64,000 bases of DNA from Vicugna vicugna (Eukaryota). The notes beneath the pieces were generated by a model. It saw only the letters and a program-made list of their open reading frames with translations. It was not told the DNA's origin and ran no database searches. The stretch lies in contig MU058045.1 in assembly GCA_013265495.1 (NCBI GenBank), positions 319,241-383,240 of the forward strand, in the 5' to 3' direction. Shown piece by piece: positions 57,441 to 64,000 of this stretch. The translations under genes and the position numbers were made by a program. Numbering within the stretch: the first letter of the stretch is position 1; each line of letters opens with the position of its first letter.

Positions 57441-57600
57441 GTTTTTCAAAAAAAATCTCTTTTTTTTTCGATTGGGGGTAGGTAATTGGGTTTATTTATT
57501 TGTTTATTTATTTGTTTATTTATCTTTAATGGAGGGGCTGAACCCAGGACCGTGCGCATGCTAGGTATATGCTCTACCACTGAGCTGTTCCCTGCCCCCT
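57441..57600 (-). mobile_element. tRNA-derived SINE (Vic-1-like) nested in the ERV-L
   Basis: A box on minus strand, (TTTA)n tail, target-site duplication CCATTGACTTT at 57430-57440 and 57601-57611. Confidence 0.8.
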
Positions 57601-59258
57601 CCATTGACTTTAGTCACAGGACATGGTAATACTACGAGATGCCTGTATTCCACACATGCTCTTCCTTACCTCCATTGTGGAGAAGTAGTCCAATTTCCAT
57701 TTGGCGTTGGGATCAGTCACCCACTCAGCCAACACCGTCACTCCCTTCTTTGCCTATTGATTCAGAAGCATGAGGAGCCCAAAGTGGCCAAGCAGCAATC
57801 TTAACTTCCAGTTCAATGGAATCATTGTTCTGTCCTCTGGTGGAAGCATCCTTCCCTCTGGAACTAAGACCTGGAGGCCAGCAGAGTGTAAAGTCACAGG
57901 AACAGGAAGCAAAAACTTTGCTAGGGGATCATTAGGGGTGACAGTAAGTGGTGCCACTCCGTTGATTCCCGGACCCAAGAACCCTGGCTATCAGACAATC
58001 AGCACCATGCACTGAATGCTGTTTCAGAGCATATACAGCCTCCTGGAGAACCTTGCCCCAGCCCTGCAGGTACCGCCACCTAGCTGGCACTGTAACTGAG
58101 TTTTCAGAAGGCCATTACAAGTTCTTTCAAACCAGTTGCTTCGGGATGGTGGGGAATACGGTAAGACCAGTGAATTCCGTGAGCGGGGGCCTATAGCCAC
58201 GCTTCTTTTGCTGTGAAGTGAGTCCTTTGATCAGAGGCAATGTGCTGTGAAATACCATGACGTGTGGATAAGTCACTCTGTAAGTCCAGGGATGGTTATT
58301 TTGGCAGAAGCATTCCATGCAGGGAAGGCAGATCGTATCTAGGGTGTCTATTCCACACCCCTTCCACAGTGGAAACCGTCCAATGTAATCAACCTACCAG
58401 AATCTCTCTGTCACTGACACTTCAGGCACCATTGGACCTGCTGGATCCTCTGGCCCGAGTGGCCCAGCAGCCTGCATGGCAGCCTGCACCTGTCACAGGG
58501 CCCTTTCTTGTTCTGGGCCCCCCTCAAAACAGCTTTTTGGGTCACTCAGTAAATGGGCCAAAGTGACATACCCAAATGAGGACTATATTGCCTCCAAAAT
58601 CCAGAGAAGCCACCCAGGCATTGTGCCTCTTTCTTTGGTTGTGAGAGGGACCAGATACAACTTACCCTCCGCCTTAGAAGGGATATCTCATACTCTACAC
58701 CACTGGACCCCCAGAAGAACCCTGAATTTTAGTCGAATTTATTCCCCACCCTCTGACACACAAGCATCTTACCAATAAGTCCAGAGTGGCTGCTACTTCT
58801 CACTCACTAGACCCAGATATCATAATGTTGTCCCTGTTATGGACCAGAGCGAGCGATAGCTTGTGGAAGGGAAAGGGGATCACGATTCCTAGCCTAAGTT
58901 TGACATAGGGCTGGAGGGCTGATACATCAGTAAGGTAGAAAAGTGAAGGTGTACTGCTGAGCTGAAAGCCAGCTGCCTCTGCTGGGCCTTTTGGACAGGG
59001 ATCGAGAGAAAGGCGTTCGCTAGATCAGCAGCTGCATGCCAGGTAGCAGCGGGCGTGTTAACTTGCTATTAATTTCCTTAAGCAATGAAATCGCATCTGG
59101 TGCAGCAGCTGCCGTCGGCTTCTTCACCTGCTTAAGCTAATGATAATTGACTGTCATTATTGCTTGATTTTTGTACTAGGGTACTCACGAGAAACAGAAC
59201 CAGTAGGAGATACAGATATTTATTAATATATATTAACAAATCTCTCTATATATAATAT

Positions 59259-59314
59259 GATAGGTAGATAGATAGATAGACAGAAAGACAGATAGACAGA
59301 TAGACAGACAGACA
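59259..59314. repeat. (GATA)n/(GACA)n microsatellite inside the LTR
   Basis: gataggtagatagatagatagacagaaagacagatagacagatagacagacagaca. Confidence 0.85.
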
Positions 59315-60759
59315 GGTTTATTATGAGGAAATGGCCCATGTGATTGTGGAGACTGAGAAGTCCCATGATCTGACATCTGCAAGCTAGAGACCCAGGAAAG
59401 CCAGAGGCGTAATTCAGTCCAAATCTGAAGGCCTGAGAACCAGGGAGGTGACGGTGTAAATCCTGGTCTGAGAGTCAAAGCAGATGAGATGAGATGTCCC
59501 AGCTCAACCAAGTGAGGTGGGGAAAAAGGGGGATGAATTTCTCTTTCTTCTGCCTTTTGCTCTATTCAGGCTTTCAACGGATTGTAAGACGCCCACCCAA
59601 ACTGGGGAGGGCAACCTACTTTCCTGAGTCCGTGGATGCAAATGCTAATCTCATCCAGAAACACCCTCATAGACACACTCAAGAAATAATGTTTAATCCG
59701 GGCATCCCACGGCCAGTCAAGCTGACATCACAAAATTAATCAGCACGAGTTTCTTCTGTCATTGAATGCTGCTTTGGAGAAATCTGAGGCCACCCTGATA
59801 TTTTTCTGTTTCATGTTCCTTTCTAAATACTTGAGGAATTATTCTGATATCTTTGAAGTCCAATAATGTAACCAAAGTATATCATCTATTGCTGTGTAAC
59901 AAATTACCCCCAAATCTAGCTGCTTAACATTCATCATCTCACAGTTTCTATGGATCAGGAATCCAGGCATCTTTTTTTTTTTTTCAATTTAGGTGAAAGT
60001 CACCTAAAAAAGCATAAAATTAACCACTTCCAAGTGTACAAGTCAGTGGCATTGAGGACATTCACAATGGTGTGCAATCACCACTTCTACCTAGTTCTGG
60101 AACATTCTCATCACCCCAAAAGACAACCCCATAGCCGTTAGCAGTCCTTGTTCTCCCTCCTTCCAACTCCTGACAAAAACACCAATTTGCTTTCTGTCTC
60201 TATAATCTGGGTGTTTTCTGAACTGTGACATGTGAATTCTGGAATCTGTAGTGAAGAGCCAAGGCCAAGAACAGCTGGGACACTTGAGGAAGAGCATCTT
60301 TGTGGGAATCCAGGAGTCTAGGCATCCAGCAGAGAATTTCCAGTACCCTGTTGGAGGGAGAAAAAAAAAAACACCAAGAACAGATGCATCTTAGAGGACA
60401 AGAAGGACAGTTTCACTTTCCCCTCAGCTCCCCTTCTTCCAGGCAGCACAGCCCAGTGCCAAGAGATACCCTGACTGTGGCCAGTGATTTCTCCCAGAGG
60501 GGAAGGGGAGATTGCGGCGAGTGGGTGCCCGGCTTCCTCACCTGTGCAGGGCACTGCCCAAAAGCCAACTACTTTCTCACTCCAGCCAGAATACAGAGCT
60601 GATCGGTGCGGCTGAGAGGTTGAGAGAGGCTGGGAGTTTGGCACCCAGGGCTCAGAACTCATCACAGGGCTGGGATCTAGTAAATACTCTGAGGACTCCC
60701 ATCAGGAAGCCTGCGCAGAGCTGCTTGGGGCAGGTAACGCGAAAAGATGCTCCACATCA

Positions 60760-61750
60760 CAGATCAGTAGGCAGATGCAAATCAAAACCACAATGAGACA
60801 TCACGTCACACCTGTTAGGATGGCTAGTATCAAAAAGTCAAAAGATAAAAAGAGTTGGCAAGGATGTGAAGAAGAGGGAACCCTCATACACTGCTGGTGG
60901 GGATGTAACTTGGTGCAGCCACGATGGAAAACAGTATGGAGGTTCTTCAACAAATTAAAAATAGACCTACCATATGATTCAGGAGTCTCACTTCTGGGTA
61001 AATATCCGAAGGATATAAAATCACTATCTGGAAGAGGTATCTGCACTCCCGTGTTCATTGTAGCATTAGTCACAATAGCCAAGCTAAGGAAGCAACGTAA
61101 GTGTCTACCAGTGGACGAATGGATAAGGAAAAGTTGATATATAAAATCCAGCCTTAAAATAAGAAGACAGTTCTGCCATTTTCAACAAGATGGATAAACC
61201 TGGAGGACATTATGCTCAGTGAAAGAAGCCAGACACAGAAAGACAACAACTGCATTGATCTCACTTATGTGGAGTCTAAAGAAGTTGAACTCATAGAAAC
61301 AGAGACTGGATTGGTGGTTGCCAGGGGCTGAGGGGTGGGGGAGATGGGGAGCTGTTGATCAAAGGATACAAACTTTCAATTATAAGATGAATGAGTTCTG
61401 GAGACCTCCATGTCCAGCATGGTGACTATACTTAATAATAATGCTGTATGGACAGGGAGGGGACAGCTCAGCGGGAGAGCGTGTGCATGCATGAGGTCCG
61501 GGGTTCAATCCCCAGCACTCCCACTAATAACAACAACGAAGTATTATATACTGAAATTTGCTAAGTGATCTCAAGTGTTCTCACCACACACATCCCAAAA
61601 TGGTAACTCTGAGGTGATGGTTACGTCAATTAGCTTGATTGTGGCAATCATTTCACAGTGTATATATATAACCAATTCCCATGTTGTTCACCTTAAATAT
61701 ATGCAATTTTTATTTCTCAGTCAGACTTCAATAAAGCTGAGCGGGGGAAA
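60760..61750 (+). mobile_element. L1 ORF2 C-terminus and 3'UTR
   Basis: ORF 60775-61137 [10 protein letters not shown]...HCWWGC.LVQP.WKTVWRF...[14 protein letters not shown] matches the L1 ORF2 Cys-rich domain; AATAAA near 61730. Confidence 0.9.
61455..61530 (+). mobile_element. tRNA-derived SINE (Vic-1-like) inserted in the L1 3'UTR
   Basis: cagctcagcgggagagc (A box) ... ggttcaatcccc (B box). Confidence 0.7.
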
Positions 61751-64000
61751 TAAAGCAAGATTCAGGATAATGGTCACCTTATGTTTGGGCTGTCAGTTGA
61801 GTGAGAAGCACATAGGTAGATGTAAGTTCTCAATGTTTTCATTCTTGGTTTGGGTAGTGCATTGATATGTGTTTTTAAAATAAAAATTTTCAGTAAAACA
61901 GGGCCATGCATGGAACAGCACTGACAATGTATCATGAAGCAATTAAGTTTTTAAAATGTAATTCATGAATTTAAGATTAAAGTAGGAACACCAAAGCTTC
62001 CTATTGGCATTTGGCAAATATCAATATCCATTCATGACTGAAAAAAAACAGACAAGTCTTAATAAATAAAATAAATACTTAGAATAAAAGTATACTTTCC
62101 TAACCTGATAAATTGAGTCTACCAAAATATATAGGAAATACCATCCTTACTGGTGAAGCATTAAGATGATGCATTAAGAATGGAGAAACATTCCTTTTTA
62201 AGATCCGGAATGAAACAAGCGTGACCTCTATCATCACGTTTATTTATCTTCATCCAAGAAAGGAAGTCTGATCATGTTCCCAATGGCTCTACTTTCGACA
62301 GCATAACAGAGAAAACGAAACAGGAGACTCACATAAACTTTAAATGCCTCAGCTGCCTCAAAATTCTAAAAAATCCTTGATTGGTGAACCACATGGAACA
62401 CCATTTGGAACTTGAGAAGCAGAGGGATGACCCTGGGAAGGCCACGCCCCTGCCACGCCCCACACCTGCCACATCACCCTGACAGTTGACCCAACACCCA
62501 TGGACCCTCCAAGGTTTGTCAGTTCTGACTTACCACCTGAGACACATCAGGCCCTATTACCACACAGGACCATCACAAACCCAGTGAAAGGCCCTACATT
62601 TCCCAAGTTTACGATTACATCTGAGAATATGTTGTGAAGGCACCGAAAATTTGATTTGGTCTATTTTGTCTCAAAATTTCCAAAATTGCAACACCATACG
62701 TGATTCCTAATTGGAAGCAGAAAAGGAGAGCCTTTTAGGATTCCAGGTGCCGGCCACAGTTTTAAATTTTCATCTCTGCCGTATCGGAGTCTGGTTTTGA
62801 TGCTTGCTCTGTCTCTTCAAACTGTTCTGACTTTTAGTATGCCTCGTAAATTGTTGTTCAAAGCCAGACAAGATGCACTGGGTAAAAGGAACTGCTATAA
62901 ATAGGCCTTCAGTGATGTGGCCTTGAGGTTTGGGGGAGCTTGAAGCATTCTCCAGGCCTCTGAGCAGGTCTCAATGTTTTAGTGAGCCTGTGCCTCTGGG
63001 CTGTAAGCTTTGCAGGTGTTTCTCAGTGTTCTCGTCCCATTAGGTGGGGCAGGATTGTTAGAGGGGGCTAGAGCTGGGTATCTCCCTTCTCCCAGGTGGC
63101 TTAGGCTCTGGTAAAATAGTTTCTCTTGAGGGTAGACTTGTTAAGAACAGGAGGCTCTGGGTAAATTTCAAAATGGCTTTTTTTCCTCCTCCTGACAGAA
63201 GCAGATGAAGGTTTTTCTCTGATCTTCACCGTTAAGACCCTGGGGTTTAGCTCCAGGAGGTAAAACTCAGAAAATGGACCACTCCCCCTAAGACTGGCCC
63301 CACTCGGAGTTTTAAACTCTCAGGCTGTCCACACCGAGCCTCCAGCAATTCTCCGATCATCATTGGATTTTCCTGCCCTGATGGTGTTCCACTGGAGGTT
63401 TCCGTTCACGTGTTTCTGCCCGGGTAAGTTGTCATTCTTTCTACCTGCCCCGTCTGTCTCTCCAGTTTAGGGGCAGGGGCAGTGGTTTACCCTGTGACCC
63501 CAGTTCTCCAGTGGATCTAAGAAAAGTTGTTGATTCAGTTTGTTCAGCTTTCTACTCGTTAGGATGGAGTGACAACTTCCAAGCTCCTTACATCCCAGAC
63601 AGGAAACTGGAACTCTCTCCTTCTCTTTTTAAATAACAGCTTTATTGAGATATAATTCATATCCAACAAAATTCACCCAATTCACCTAATTCAACCTAAT
63701 CCAAGGTTACAAAGACTTAGGGGTACATTTTCTTCTAAGAGTTTTATAGTTATAGTGCTTACATTTAGATCTATGATCTGTTTGGGGTTAACTTTTGTAT
63801 ATGGTGTGCAGTGGGGATCCAGCTTCGTTCTTTTACACATGGCAACCCAGTTGTCCTAGCACCATTTGTGGAAAACAAATTTAGTTGACTTGGCAGCCTT
63901 ATTAAAAATTGGTTGACCGTAAAGGTAAGGGTTTACGCCTTGCTAATTCTTACTCAGTCTTAACATGTCAAATCAAACTTACCTTCCTCAATGATGCCTT

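Larger units (their letters stand above)
56458..59747 (-). mobile_element. ERV-L provirus remnant: two MLT2-type LTRs around a deleted pol/dUTPase internal region
   Basis: Homologous direct LTRs near 56458-56884 and 59172-59747; polypurine tract GACAAGGGGTGGACT on minus strand next to the left LTR; ORF 57754-57978 has ERV-L dUTPase-like IPLNWKLRL..GHFGLL. Confidence 0.8.

Noticed and set aside
60775..61137. 120-aa ORF
   Set aside because: C-terminal fragment of L1 ORF2.

Overview
Mammalian genomic DNA with the CHRNB1-ZBTB4-SLC35G-POLR2A gene order known from human 17p13.1. The tRNA-derived SINE and L1 3' ends look camelid, which is inference from memory of repeat families. The window holds CHRNB1 coding exons 3-11 (+, 477-6672, 5' end outside the window), complete ZBTB4 (-, CDS 14781-11059, 1021 aa), a disrupted SLC35G/AMAC1-type gene (+, 24449-25881) and complete 29-exon POLR2A (+, 27714-50042), followed by about 13 kb of repeats (L1, MLT, an ERV-L provirus remnant, SINEs). 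Main departures from expectation: (1) the intron-containing SLC35G gene carries a nonsense codon, two frameshifts and an in-frame deletion; (2) the POLR2A CTD has 51 heptads rather than the human 52, plus two Pro3->Leu changes; (3) the expected POLR2A exon 26 acceptor AG is absent; (4) a near-perfect ~329-bp tandem duplication lies downstream of the CHRNB1 stop; (5) an unidentified 112-bp hairpin-rich insert with a 14-bp target-site duplication. I found no convincing new multi-gene system. Comparisons with human and mouse orthologues are from memory and need checking by alignment.
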